From Octopus sinensis (taxonomy: Eukaryota), in assembly GCF_006345805.1 (NCBI RefSeq), contig NC_042997.1, positions 98,208,001-98,272,000 of the forward strand: 64,000 nt of DNA. The letters are read 5' to 3'. Of this stretch, positions 12,949-27,690 are shown piece after piece. The notes under the pieces were generated by a model, which saw nothing but the letters and a program-made list of their open reading frames with translations, ran no database searches and was not told where the DNA came from. The translations under genes were made by a program, and so were the position numbers. How positions within the stretch are numbered: position 1 is the stretch's first letter; every line of letters begins with the position of its first letter.

Positions 12949-15567
12949 ACAAACACACACATGAAATTGTACAATAATTATTTTGGTGCAAAGGTATGTG
13001 GCTTAGTGATTAGAAAGTAGGGTCACCATCATGAAGACCTAGATTTGATTCCTGAACAAAGCAGCATGTGGTTTCCTTGAGCAAGCTGCTTCATATCATG
13101 CTCCAGTTTGGACAGCTAAAATGAATATAACTTGAGTACGGTAGAAGCCCCCCTCCTCTGTCTCTAGCAATCACTTCCTCGATGTTCCGTTAGATCAACT
13201 GAATAAAGGCCAAAAGAGTGCCTATGTTTGTTAGCAACTACAAAAAGAGCCTACGAAAATTAGTTAAACATGCTACACATTACTAAGCCATACTCATCGG
13301 AAAGTGCTTTTATTTTATGAATGAACAAAATGCTAAAATGTTTGATGTAAAATGGTACTAAATATTATAAGCACCAGATTGATAGAAAAAATGGAAAATG
13401 ATACGGATCCGACGGTATGAATAGCAATCTGCTTGACGAGAGACCAAGTCACTGATTACACAATAGAACACCTCCCTATACCCATTCTCTAAAGTTTTAA
13501 TAATAATTTTTTTCTTGTGGCTTAGTCCCAGAAACAAAGGCCTACATAATTAATGAAAAAAAAAGGTAGAAAGGTCTAATTCGAAAGCTTGCAATAATGT
13601 GGACTCTGCTAAAGCCATGCCAAAATTATAGTCACCGCAAAATTTAGTTTCTGTAAATGTAATAGTAAATGTAATAGTTTTCTTTCCATAATATACCCAA
13701 TCAGTTAGTTTGCCTTGCAGGGCAGTTTAATCTCCATGTATAAATATTTATTTATTTTATACTCTTAAATCCAACATAACGAAGTGTCTCACCTCAATTT
13801 AAAATTTATAATGAGAAATAACATCATTAATCAAATCATGAATAAATAACTGCTAAGATTCTTAACGTAAACTGATATTTGATATTATAAACATCACTTT
13901 GAGACAGAGTAAGTACTGAAAGTACATTTCTGAAATATTTTGAAAATGTTTAGATATCTGAAAATTATAATTTATAAATGAGCTCAGTAAATCAAAACTT
14001 GTAATGAGTGAAGTATTTTCTTAAATTTGAAAGGGAAGCAAAATGTGATAGCAACTCAAATAAATAAACAAAAATAATCAATGATTGAAACGAAACATGG
14101 CTTCCAAGAAAACTTGTTCCATTATAAATGTTCAAAAATGTATAGTTATTGTTTAACGCCAAATCTATACTGCTTGAGCAAGATATGATCATATGCTATC
14201 TAATTATTTGTGAATTAGAGTACATTGTCCAAGGTATCGGTGGTGTTGAATTTGATTTTTCTATACGCTTAATGGACACCATTTAAGCTAACTCATTGTC
14301 CCCCAAAACAGTAGTAGCTGATGGTAGTGCACCAACATGGCCACAACTAACTGATAGGAACTACTAAAAGAGTTGATTGAAGCTTGGGAAATATTTTTTA
14401 AAGGTTGAAATCAATATCAGGCCACTGAACGTTTTGTGAGCAAAACAAAAGACTGCAAAGTAATTGCCGAAATTTATTAGAATAATAAGATGAGACACTA
14501 TAGGACAATATGATAAAAAATAAACTACGGTATTTCAAGCACCAGGATGCATGTGCCACAATGTTTAAAAAGTTCCTTTCTTAATCTATTGGTTCTGTGT
14601 TGAATGCCTCTTCACAGTACATTACAGAAGCATCTTCTACCAATGGCTGGTGAATGAAATTAAGCAGATGAAAATATTCAGATCATTTAATTAATCGATT
14701 TATTCTGTCAACATTACGAATTGACCCTTGATTGAATTTAGTGGGGTGAACCATACTGCAATTGTTCAGACAGAATTTCTTGTCGGGTGATAACCTCTTA
14801 TCTTGATATCATACTTCTTACTACAGTAATCGATTACTTTAGGTTTGTTTCTTCCATTTTAGTTGCCTTTTATATACAGAAAAAGCAACCGATTCTTGTC
14901 CCACTCGATGATGCCAGTCGACAGACTGATGCCTGACGGTCGCATCAAGTAGTCTCCTCGGCGGAAGCCTGAACTACAACGGGTTTGTCCCACAGAGAAT
15001 GTTTCCGGTTACTTTTGGGTACCCCATGTTTTTATATCTTCTATACATATAAATTTGACAAGGGCGATTCTTTCTTGTCTTGGGATTCACGGTCAAACGG
15101 CTGGGTGGAATTCCGCGAAAAATTACACAGATATGTTGAATGATCCGGTGGTGATGTTGGGCTTGTACTTTTTCATAGCTCCCATGGTTACCGAGATAAT
15201 CCATTATAATAATACTCTTGTGTTTATGAATGAGAAAGGAAGAGGTGAGCGTTTCAACTTAATATGAATATATGTGTGTGTATGTAAAAGAGGGGTATGT
15301 GAATGTGTGTGTGTGCGCGCGTGCGCGCAATGGAAGTGAGATGGTTCATCTTTGTTCGCTTAGTATTTGGGTTTATTTATTGATTTAGTCGAATCATGGT
15401 TGGGGTTTTTTTTGTTGGTCAGTTACTTTTAGCGTTTTGACAGAAAAAAAGTAATTCTAAAATTGTTTTTTAACTAAACGTGCACAAGCAAGTCGAATGC
15501 TTACGGAGGACAAGTTTCACAGCCACACCATCCAAACCGACTGGGTGAAACCGGGCTTAGCTGCTTG

Positions 15568-15656
<89 letters not shown>

Positions 15657-17256
15657 GTGCATACATATATATATGTACGTGTATATGTATGTATGTTTGT
15701 ACGTGTATGTGTGTTTGTGTGCGTGTGCGCGCGCGTGTGTATAAACGGTTTGCATACTAATATGGAGAAGGTTGATATATTTGTGAAAGCTTATACATTT
15801 TACGTAATAATGGTTAAGAAAGTACATCTGTTTGTTAAAATACGTTTTAACCCCAATAAAATGACGTCATTTTATCAGATCAACGTAAAATATAGTTTCA
15901 ACCAGAAACTATTAGTTTGAGGAATTATTTAAATGGAATTTTTTGAGACGAGCGCTTGCTGAAGCGTGCAGCAGAAAAAGGCTTCTATCATAGAGAACTA
16001 CCATTTGAGAGAATACTCAGTCTCGTATCATATATGAGGGAGTTACATAAAAAGAAGCTTATTTATGATCGAGTTGGAGAAAGAAAGCGGGTCCCGATTA
16101 CCATTGTAGATCTTACAAAACTTGAAAGAGCAGCGGAAAAAACCACGTCTCTTGTATTGCTGCTGTAGAAATCAGTGCATTAAGGTACTGAGTTATCATT
16201 GAACAACATATGAGGTTCCACTACTTCTAGTTGAGTGAACCGCACTAAAGTCACCCAATGGCCAAGACGGTTTACACATAATTTAGGTTTGTTTTAAAGT
16301 AGCAATTACCAACAATGAAAACAACCATAATATAGAGAAATATTACTCACTAAAAATACAACATACTTGAAATTTGCTTTATCTCCGTGAAAGTCTATGA
16401 AATATAAGTGTCCTTTGTTCATTAAATATTGTTGTAAGTCAGTTAGTACTCACTTATTGACAAAGTACGCTTGCCACTGAGAACGATTTGAAATGCATTC
16501 GCTGATTCGTCCATTGTTCGTCGTTCATTCCACTATCCAGCTCACTATGCATTAGACAATAAATTATTTAGAGATTTCATATACCCAAAAAACGTAAATC
16601 ACACATTGGCATGTGTAAATTATTTATTTTCTAAACAATTATATTCTCCTGTCAACGTGTATGTGTCTTCTTGTACACTTACTTGGTAGGGCTTTCATAA
16701 CTGTTTCGGCATGTATACTAAAGACTACGTTTCGATGAAGAGGTAAAAAATAATGCCAACACATCAGCATTTTCTCTTATACTTGCAGGTAAAATAAAAA
16801 CAATATTAGTCAGTTGAATAATATTTTTTCTTGCATTACACAAAATTGTAGTGAGCATTATTAATGCTCGCTACATTAAATGTATTAATACTTACATAAG
16901 ATCTGTATTAGTAGGCTCAAGTAACGGAGAAATTGATACATGAAACAAACATTTACCGTGGTTTAAATAAGTGATTTGCATGCGTTAAGATCGCTGAGAA
17001 ATTATTCAGGGAGAATTGACTGTCGGATTTCTTTATTGAAGTTTGTGCTTAGAAGCTCTTTGTGCCTGTAGCTCTCTGCAGTGTCTAAAATAAAAACACT
17101 TTTCACTGTTAGAACAACTGTGTTTGTAAAAGCACATGGCAGTGAAAATCCAAAATCCGAATACAATTAGAATTATTTTTTAGAACTTTAAAAATATTGT
17201 CAAATATATGCTTAAAATATGTGAAATTATAACCTAATTTTCTTTATATTTTACAG

Positions 17257-17343
17257 TGAGTGTATTCACACAAGGGGAACAGATGATACCCATCTTGAAA
17301 GCTTGCAAAGTACAATGTTCTGTTTTTGGAAATCATGATTTTG
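17257..17343 (+). CDS. 5'-nucleotidase-like gene, coding exon 2
   Basis: Pyrimidine tract and TTACAG acceptor at 17251-17256. Reads (L)SVFTQGEQMIPILKACKVQCSVFGNHDF, then phase-1 donor G|GTAAAT. In frame with exon 1; carries the GNHD motif. Not in the ORF track. Confidence 0.92.
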
Positions 17344-17435
17344 GTAAATATACGGACAGGTTGAAGACAATCTGTTCTATCTATATTTATAAATAATTTG
17401 TATTGTTTAAAACGTATTGCATTGGTTAAGACATT

Positions 17436-17492
<57 letters not shown>

Positions 17493-17944
17493 GTTCAGAC
17501 ACACGCATACACACATGCACATAATATTGTACGTTACATACTATATTGGTAAACGTTACGCTAATCCCAACTAACTTGGGTTTCAGTGCAATGCATCAAC
17601 GGTCGTCAGTTGTATTAATGGTTTGAAATTGGTGAACAAACCTTCTGACTGCTGGGACAATTGACTATAATCCAAATGAGTAGAAAGTTGTTGAATGCCT
17701 ATCTCATGGCTTCAGCCATTTAAAAAAATTTCTTTTACTAAACAGATACTATAATTAAATATCAATAATTTCTAAATACAATGAGTACTTTTGTTGCAGA
17801 CCCAAACAAAAACAGAAGAATATACAATATCCATATGTATGCGTGTGTGTGTGTATGTATGGTGTTGTATGATATATATGATATATACATGTATATGTGC
17901 GTATGTATATGTTTGAAATGGTGTACCCTTATGTATATAACTAT

Positions 17945-17982
17945 TAATAATAATAATAATAATATAATAATAATAATAATAA

Positions 17983-18063
<81 letters not shown>

Positions 18064-18091
18064 TATTATTATTATTATTATATATTATTAA

Positions 18092-18134
<43 letters not shown>

Positions 18135-18152
18135 ATTATTATTATATTATTA

Positions 18153-18194
<42 letters not shown>

Positions 18195-18261
18195 GTATGA
18201 TACCTTGCTACAGTATGCTTTAGAGTGTGCTTCTTTTTCGGATATATGATAATTGGCGATG

Positions 18262-18342
<81 letters not shown>

Positions 18343-18465
18343 TTATATATATGTATATTTAAATATATACATATATACATATACATATACATATATATAT
18401 ATATATGTATATTTAAATATATACATATATATATATATATGTATATATGTATATATATATATGTG

Positions 18466-18496
<31 letters not shown>

Positions 18497-18845
18497 GTAA
18501 GCATATATATATCATGTATTTATATATATGTGTGTATATATATATGTATATATATGTATGTATATATGTATACATATATATATGTATGTATATATATATG
18601 TATATATGTATATATATATACATATATATGTATGTATATATATATGTATATATATATATATGCATAAATATATGCATATATATGTATGTATGTATGTGTA
18701 TGTATATATATACGTATATATGCATATATATATGTATACATATATATATGTGTATATATATATGTATATATATATACATATATATATATGTATATTTTAT
18801 ATATATATGCATAAATATATATATATGTATACATATATATATATG

Positions 18846-18930
<85 letters not shown>
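17945..18930. repeat. Compound microsatellite block: (AAT)n, (ATT)n, (CA)n and a TA/TG mosaic
   Basis: Directly visible. It generates the long Y/I/C/M pseudo-ORFs in the track. Confidence 0.95.
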
Positions 18931-18934
<4 letters not shown>

Positions 18935-19323
18935 GTTAGGTATATATGTATATGTATATTGCTTGAAGTGTATACATTTTTATGTGTAAAGAAATATGAG
19001 GTAGTGAGAATTTTGGATAATCATTTATTTAGTGCTCACTTCTCATTTCAGAGAGATTCCTCATGAATGTTTTACAGGGAATTTATACCTTTTATATGTA
19101 TATATATATATGTGATTTAATTGAATAAAGCTGGAGTTGAATTGGGTAGACATTCAGTTCCAGATTTCTTCAGCTAACTTACATATATGTAAAATTCACA
19201 AATTTACTGTAAAAACAATTCCTTCATGATGAATATCTGGATCGAGATGAGAACGCTAAATGAAAAATTATCCAAAGTTCTGACTAACTCCATTGTCTTA
19301 ATATACATAAATAAATACATAAT

Positions 19324-19371
<48 letters not shown>

Positions 19372-20003
19372 AGATACACACATACATATATATATATGTA
19401 CATATATATATCATGTGAGTTAACATCATCTGGGTAAGTAACACTTTTTTTAAGACAATTGCGTTGCCCGACCTTTTAAGTTTCATGCGAACATCTTCAC
19501 AATTATGTAATCAGCGTTTGGATAATAGGAGGCACTGCCACTATTTTAACCTTTCTGAGTGTCGTATGATATTCATGAGATGTTTGACAATGTAACTTTT
19601 TTAGTGCCAAAGAGAAAAAAAATACAGTAATACTTCACTTTAAGCGGACCCGTTTTACGAGACCCCGGGTTTATGAGTTTTAACAGTTTTAATTTCTGTT
19701 TACGAGTGTTAGCTTTACGAACGTTTTCCGGCATTACTGTATATGTAGAAGGAAATAGTCTTACAGTTCCTATACGGCAACCTCTATTGATAGCTATCCA
19801 TGTGGCAGGCGCACTGAAGCCACGGCATGATAAATCTACACAGCCAATATTCTGTCAACCACATATTATATAGTTGATATGAACCAGAGTGTCGTTGTAT
19901 ACAGCAAGCACACGAGTCAAGCAGTAAAACTCAGAAAAAAATGTAGAGAAGACCATCGGTGCTACATTAATTCAGATAATACAATGATATTTCTTAAATT
20001 TTT

Positions 20004-20177
20004 GAGTGGCTGTCTGGTAAGTAGCTTGCTTACCAGCCACATGCTTCTGGGTTCAGTCCCACTGCGTGGCACCTTGGGCAAGTGTTTTCTACTATAGCTT
20101 CGGGCTGACCAAAGCCTTGCGAGTGGATTTGGTAGACTGAAACTGAAAGAAGCCCGTCGTATATATGTATATATATA

Positions 20178-20247
<70 letters not shown>

Positions 20248-20626
20248 CGTCACCATGACCAACCAGGCTATCAGATGTTGCTACACATCGCTGGTCACAA
20301 TGCGCTTCGCATTGCTTTAGCCTTCAAATGACGCCACCCGCTAGCTAAGTGAGCAGGCCACCAGAAAAGGAGTGAGAGAAAGTTGTGGCGAAAGAGTACA
20401 CCAGCGATCACCACAACCCCCTGCCGGAGCCTCGTGGAGCTTTAGGTGTTTTTGCTCAATAAACTCTCACAACGCCCGGTCTGTAAATCGAAACCGCGAT
20501 CCTACAACCGCGAGTTCGCAGCCCTAACCACTAGGCCATTGCGACTCCACAAACAAACACACACACACACACACACACGCGCGCGCACACGCGCACGCAC
20601 ACACACACCACGCGCGCACACGCGCA

Positions 20627-20657
<31 letters not shown>

Positions 20658-20899
20658 GCACATACATATATATATATATATGTATGTGTGTGTATATGTT
20701 TATATGTCTGTGTTTGTCCACCAACATCGCTTGACACCCGATGCCGGTGTGTTTACGTCCCCGTCACTTAGCGGTTCGGCAAAAGGGACCGATAGAATAA
20801 GTACTAGGCTTACAAAGAATAAGTCCTGAAGTCGATTTGTTCGACTAAAGGCGGTGCTCTAGCATGGCCGCAGTCAAATGACTGAAACAAGTAAAAGAG
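20004..20899 (+). mobile_element. tRNA-derived SINE family C with internal (TA)/(TG) microsatellite, split by the family B insertion
   Basis: Head GTGGCTGTCTGGTAAG...GGGTTCAGTCCCACTGCGTGGCACCTTGGGCAAG (20004-20160) continues after the repeats at 20700-20899 and ends GGCGGTGCTCTAGCATGGCCGCAGTCAAATGACTGAAACAAGTAAAAGAG. Confidence 0.8.
20243..20549 (-). mobile_element. SINE family B copy nested in a family C SINE
   Basis: Reverse complement is colinear with 54426-54720 over its full length. Confidence 0.88.
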
Positions 20900-21105
20900 G
20901 TAGGAGAGCCCAAAAGGGAAAAGCCAATACTACATTCTCTTAATTGTTACTTTTCTTTATAAATAATATTCCCTTGCAACTAGTTAATATCATGCATCCG
21001 TTTTTCGAGTTCAAATTGTGGCGTCATCATCCATCACCCAAACACTGATTGACTAACTGCGGAATGATCGCGCGAAGCCTACGATGGTTGAGTATCGGCT
21101 AAAAT

Positions 21106-21171
<66 letters not shown>

Positions 21172-21204
21172 GTCTATTTGTCTCGTCTGTCTATCTATCT
21201 AGCT

Positions 21205-21325
<121 letters not shown>

Positions 21326-21476
21326 AGCATATATATATATAACTATGTATATACATATGTATATGTTTATGTATGCATATATGTGTATATGTGGATTATA
21401 TATATATGTATATATATGTATATATGTATATGTATATATATATGAATATATATATATAAACATATGTGTATATATG

Positions 21477-21531
<55 letters not shown>

Positions 21532-21984
21532 TACACAGTCATATCCTTGCACACAATTACACACATATGTATGGAAGTATGTAGATATATATATATGCCT
21601 CTTTTTCAAAGAAGCATCATTTCACAAAATATTTCAGACGGTAGTGTGAGGTTTGATGGATAATTGGTTACTCTTTCTAGCATTTTGAGTGACTCTGCAG
21701 AAAGTTTCTTCCTCATAAATTGTTTTCACTGTAATCGGCATTATGCTGTAAAAATCCGTGCACACACATTTATATAATGAATGATATACTGGTTGTAGGT
21801 TTATACGCGTAGCAGTGTGTGTTAAGTGAACACAAAGTTACAGATGTATTTATTTGAAAATAATTATGTAGGTCAATAACCGTGTTTATGCATATCTCTG
21901 TGAGTCTTACCGTGCGTTTCTGTCTATCTGTTTGTACCTGAAGGTGCGTGCTTGTGTGTCTCTGTTTTCAGCTCTCTTCCTTCA

Positions 21985-23069
21985 AAACATTACATTACCG
22001 ATGAAGTGTTATCGTTGCGCATAGCATTTGAAAGAGATCAGGATATGTGGAAATCCGTTGGTGCCAAACCAGGAGAGTACGGTGGGTGTGGCAGCACTTC
22101 CCAGCCATGCGTATGAATAGCTTCCTTGGTCATATTGGCGATATGAGAGCGGGCGTTGTCGTGCAGCAGAAGAACTCCATGCTGCTGAGTATGTGTTTTC
22201 TCTTGAATAGCCGCGTTGAGTCGTTCCATCGTTCCAGCTGTTGAACATAGAGTTCCGCGTTGACCGTTTGATTCTGTTCAAGCAATTCGTAATGGATAAT
22301 CTCTTCACAGTCCCACCATACGCACAACATCGTTTTACGCGGATGAAGATCTTATTTCTCGTGCGGTGTCGCTTGTTTACCGGGGCTAAGCCATTCCTTA
22401 AGCTGCTTCATTTTGATGTACAGGCACCATTTTTCATCGCCAGTAACGGTAAAGAAATCGTTGCTTGTGTCCATGAGTTGAGCGATGACGAGCAAGCAAA
22501 CCAGCAGAGATTGTGACTCGTTGATTTTTGTTGTTGTCACTTAAAGCATGCAGAACTCATGCTCCATACTTCTGAACCTATCCATCGAGTGAAAATGCTT
22601 CTTTATAGCAGTGTGAGAGCATTCCATTTCCTCTGTCAGTGCCCTTGTCGTCTGACGAGAATTTTCGTGCAAAAGTTGGTTTAATCGCTCTGATCGAACT
22701 CAAATGGACGGCCAGAATGAGGTGCATCTTTGAGGTCAAAATTTCCATTTATGAACTTGGCATACTAATCACGAGCGGTTCTTTCTCAATACACAGCACA
22801 AATGTCGCGAGCAGATTTTGCGGCCTTAGAACCTTGATTAAAAGCAAAAAGAAGGAGGTGTCGAAAATGTTCGTTTTTCTTAACTTGACATTCCATTTTA
22901 ATGATCTGAAAATAAACAAAAATTAACTAGAAAAAAGAAACAAACAGAAAGGAAATAGATGCCAAAATGATTCAAAAATAGAATTCTCGAAAAACATAGA
23001 TTCCAAAATTTAAAAACGCAATAAATTCCAAAATTTTAAAAAACAGTTGGAACTTAGTTGCCAACCTAA
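21985..23069 (-). mobile_element. Mariner transposon (DD34D type), disrupted and 3'-truncated
   Basis: 5' TIR TA|TTAGGTTGGCAACTAAGTTCC at 23071-23048, ATG at 22896. Fragments TGDEKW, MLCVWWD...HYELL, LLHDNARSH and HPPYSPGLAPTDFH lie in different frames with stops. 3' TIR absent. Confidence 0.92.
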
Positions 23070-23152
23070 TATGTATGTGTGTGTATATGTATATGTGTTT
23101 ATATACATAATATAAACATATATACATATATATATGTGGTGTGTGGTGCTTG

Positions 23153-23183
<31 letters not shown>

Positions 23184-23226
23184 TATAATATATATATATA
23201 ATTATATACATATATACTCTATATCT

Positions 23227-23270
<44 letters not shown>

Positions 23271-23320
23271 GATACATACTATATATATATATGGTATATA
23301 TATACATGTTATTAATATAT

Positions 23321-23363
<43 letters not shown>

Positions 23364-23374
23364 ATAATATATAT

Positions 23375-23600
23375 ATAGTTATCCAAACAAGAAAGCACAA
23401 AGAAACACAACAACGCGAGGGCGTGAAAGAAATATAGTATTATTGGACGCTCAGGAAAGAAGGTAAGAAGGAGGGTTCAACGTTTCGAGTGGAGCTCTTC
23501 GTTGGAAACATAGGAGAAGGAAGATCCAGAGAAGGGAAGACAGAGGGAAAAAAATCGCCAACGGTACACACGTGGTCGCATTTTGAATGACCGGAATATA
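23375..23600 (-). mobile_element. Short Penelope-type non-coding element with degenerate hammerhead (23475-23509)
   Basis: Minus strand GUUU-CCAACGA-A-GAGC(UCC)ACUC-GAAAC-GUU-GAAC. Shares GAAGAGC...CTCGAAACGT and a pyrimidine-rich flank with 51760-51900. Confidence 0.55.
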
Positions 23601-23613
23601 TATATATATATAT

Positions 23614-25197
23614 GCAGTTCCTCTTTCAGAGCTTCCTTGCAGCTGGCAAACTTCCAAGAAAACTGAAGGAAGGTAAAATATGCCCTATTCATAAAGGAGG
23701 TAGCAGAGCGGAGGCCAAGAACTACAGACCTATCTCTCTGACCTCACACATCAGCAAGGTCATGGAACGAATAGTCAGAAGGAAACTGATCACCTTCCTT
23801 GAAGAAAATGACTTGCTGCCCGACACCCAGCATGGTTTCCGACCAGGGAGAAGCTGCTTAACTCAGCTCCTACAACACTATGACTGGGTACTGAAACGAC
23901 TACTCAACCACTCAAATGTGGAAGTGATATATCTCGACTTTGCAAAGGCCTTTGATAAAGTCGATCATGGAATGATATGTCACAAACTGCGTGATCTCAA
24001 CATAGTTGGAAAACTGGGAGAATGGCTTCATGACTTTCTGAAAGATAGAAGTCAGGTGGTAGTAGCCAATGGGGCCACTTCCATTAACACGCAAATAGTG
24101 AGCGGTGTTCCGCAGGGCACTGTTTTGGGACCACTACTGTTCATAATGGCTCTCTCAGACATGCCCTCAGCACGCAGAGAACCACGATCACAAGTTATGC
24201 AGATGATACAAAAGTTTCACAGCAATACAGAACCCTGAGGACACTAAACGCCTGCAATGTGAGCTGGACAAAATATACAAGTGGGCTGAAAAGAATAGCA
24301 TGCAGTTCAATGCTGAAAAGTTTCAAGCTTTATACTATCAGCATGCAAAACTAATGCAATACCCATGAATACACTGGACCCGGAGGAATTGCAATCCCAG
24401 AGGCACAATCAGTGCGTGACCTGGGTATTTACATGAGTGATGACGCAACCTTTCGTGTACATGTTGCTAAATTGGCAATGAAATGTAGACGACTGGCCGG
24501 ATGGATTCTCAGAACCTTTAGAACAAGAAAACAAGAAACCATGATGGTCCTCTGGAGGACACTTGTCCTAAGCCACTTTGAATATTGCTCTCAGTTATGG
24601 TCACCATCCAGTGTCAAGTTGATCACAGAACTTGAGGCGATCCAACGTAGCTACACGAAGAAGATAGCCTCTGTGCAGAATATAATCTACTGGGAAAGAC
24701 TCAAGAGATTAAAACTATATTCCTTGGAGCGTAGGCGGGAAAGATATGCCATAATATACATCTAGAAGATCCTGGAGGGACTTGTCCCAAACTTTGGCAT
24801 CGAGAGTTACACAAATGCCAGAACTGGGCGCCACTGCGTGGTGCCTAGGACTCCAAATTTGCCATCAAGATGTAGGACAAGATACTGTGATAGCCTGGGC
24901 TTCCGAGGCCCACAGCTCTTCAATATCCTCCCGAAGAACCTAAGAGACCTGCATGGGGTGAATGCAGATGTCTTTAAAATGAAACTGGATCTCTTCCTGT
25001 CAGGTATCCCAGATGAACCAACTTCACGACAGGAGGTGCAGATGAGGGCAGCTGCATCGAACTCTCTCATGCACCAAATGGCAGTTGCTAAAAAGCTTTC
25101 GTGAAGTAAAACCATGTAGCAACACCAAATGGCGGTGCCCCAGCATGGCCACAGCTCATGAGCTGAAACTAGAATCAATCAATCAATCAATCAATCA
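23614..25197 (+). mobile_element. CR1-clade LINE, 5'-truncated RT region with intact 3' end
   Basis: NYRPISLTSHISKVMER, QHGFRPGRSCLTQLL, YLDFAKAFDKVDH, SGVPQGTVLGPLLF, RDLGIYM, EYCSQLWSP, LYSLERRRERY, with frameshifts. Ends in an (AATC)n tail. Confidence 0.93.
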
Positions 25198-27070
25198 TAT
25201 ATACACATATATATATATAGGTGATATATTTGGTGTTGTTCTCACTCCAACTTCTGTCAAGTTAGCACTAACCCGGGTGACGTCTCCCATCTTCTATATT
25301 GAAGAAACCCCTGCTGCCTTTACAGCCAGATGTTTGTCCTTTTGCTTACTTGTTGCCGAAATGCAACGTATGTATACACCACAGACACACACACACATAC
25401 ACACACACACACATTTACACACAAATACGCTCATCCACGCACACCCACACACGCACGCACTCATCCACACACAGTTGTATTGAAATAGGAAGTGTGTCTC
25501 GCGACACGAGTTTCACGCACATACGATCTTAAAGCAAGAACTGATATAACTTTCTACTTGTAATATGTCCTTTGGTTTGTGTGTCTAAGTTCTAGTGCCT
25601 TTGTTTGTCTAGTGTTTGTCGCTGCATGCTGATTGATTTTTGTTATTCGTCGCCTCTTCATATGTTTTTTAAGTAAGTTTTTGTGATATGTTTGTAATTG
25701 TTGGTGAGCATGTAGTCTAGTGCTTGCGCTAGTTTATCGTTTTGCATTTCGTGTTTATTGATTAGGTGCTCTATTTTTCGTGAGTTGGTGAAAGGGTATT
25801 CTTGTTTTGCATGTATGTTTTAGAAGTATGTCTGAAACAAAATTACACACTTTTCAGTCACAGAAAAGAGAAAACATGTCCCAAGACTAACTTACGAACA
25901 AATCATAAACAAGTTAATACATAGGCCTTCCAACAATTACAAGAAATACAAACAAAAATACATCACAAAAACAACCAGTGAAGAGTTAAGAAATGCTAAA
26001 CCTAAACTAAGGAACAAACACAACTGCTAGACTGCACACACACCAAAGAATAAAACATCACTAGTTACGAATTGTAACTGTTCCCATCTCAAGATCGCAA
26101 CCGCGTGAAAATCAAGTCACGAGATATATTTACCATTTCAATACCACCATATCCTTACAAGGTGTAGTGGTCATTCTGCTCTCATTTGTCCAATATAAAT
26201 CAATGTACGCGTCTCACTTCCCATTCTTTTATTTAACACTATATATATATATATTAAATTCTATAAGTATTCATTCTACATTTCCTCACTTTTTATTTTC
26301 ATAATAGGTCCAGTATTATCCAATTCCACTGAATATTTGGAATACCGTACTGACCTTGGTGATACAGCAAAATTAATACAATATACATCAATTCATTTAC
26401 CATTGCACTTATACAATATTTGCTATTGTTCCTTCTACATAACAATTCTCCCTTCTTACAGCGATATGCGCCTTTCCAGATGTTTCTCAAACCTTTTAAT
26501 CCCAAAGTATAATTTCTTTTTTACTTCCTCACTTCCTGTTTTATATCTTATTACAGTCTCTTTATAATAATTTATGTAGAATTATGTTAATTAGTGTTCT
26601 TGCATATCTATGACGATATTAGTGCACCTCCATGTAATTACATAACTATATACCCGATTGCGTAAGTAATGACTTGCACGCGCTCCTGTCGGACCTTTAT
26701 TGCATTAATACTTGCTTTCTGTCATAGAGTTGTATACTCGTGTGATGACACGCGCGCACGCACACGCACACACACAGAGAAGCACTCACAGTCACACGTA
26801 AACATACTCACGCAGACATATGTACTCGTTTGATAATAGACGTATAATCATTGTCATATGTATATATATATGTGTGAGTCTGTGTGCGTGTGTGTGTATG
26901 TGTGTGTGTTTATTTCTTTTTATATGATTCCATATATGTCTGTTCAGACATTCCGAGTAGGAGGATCGGGTGCATTCACAATTTACCTAAGAATCTTCGT
27001 TCGTTGATAAGTGCTTCAGTTGTCTGTGCATTTGTATATATGTATATATGTATATAAATATATATATATA

Positions 27071-27150
<80 letters not shown>

Positions 27151-27260
27151 TACATATATACGTATATATATATATGCATATGTATATATGCATACATATA
27201 TGTATATATATACATGCATATATATACACATATATATACATATGATTTATATATATCTAC

Positions 27261-27298
<38 letters not shown>

Positions 27299-27616
27299 CT
27301 TATATATATGTATATATATATATACATAAATACTTATATATATGGATACTACTAGTATATGTATGTGTTCGTGTGTGTATATCTTTCTGTTCTCAGTTTC
27401 AAAGTCACACATATATACACATACACGGACAGTCATGCATAAAAATTCCTTAATATACACATGAAACTGTTGAAACAATAAGTCCGTAAGTCGGTCTATG
27501 CATCTCATCTCATGAATTATTTAATTATTTGTACTCGATTTTTTATATTAAAAGTCTTGATAGATTGATTTACTTATATTTGATTTTGAGCTAGCATAAA
27601 TATATATATGTATATG

Positions 27617-27690
<74 letters not shown>

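Larger units (their letters stand above)
12280..16520 (+). repeat. Two diverged copies of an unclassified ~170-bp interspersed repeat (12280-12450, 16340-16520)
   Basis: Colinear blocks ACTAAAAAT, TATGAAATATAAG, ATTAAATATTGT, TTTGAAA and GCTGAT..TCCATTGT. Confidence 0.65.

Noticed and set aside
14880-15270. GC-richer segment with short ORFs on both strands in intron 1
   Set aside because: No domain similarity recognised and no compatible phase-1 splice sites identified.
18150-18939. Long ORFs (up to 228 aa) rich in Y/I/C/M/H/T, here and at many other TA/CA tracts
   Set aside because: These are translations of stop-free dinucleotide and tetranucleotide microsatellites, with no coding signal.
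23612-24238. 208-aa reverse transcriptase ORF as an active or domesticated gene
   Set aside because: 5'-truncated CR1 copy with a frameshift just before the YADD motif and more frameshifts downstream.
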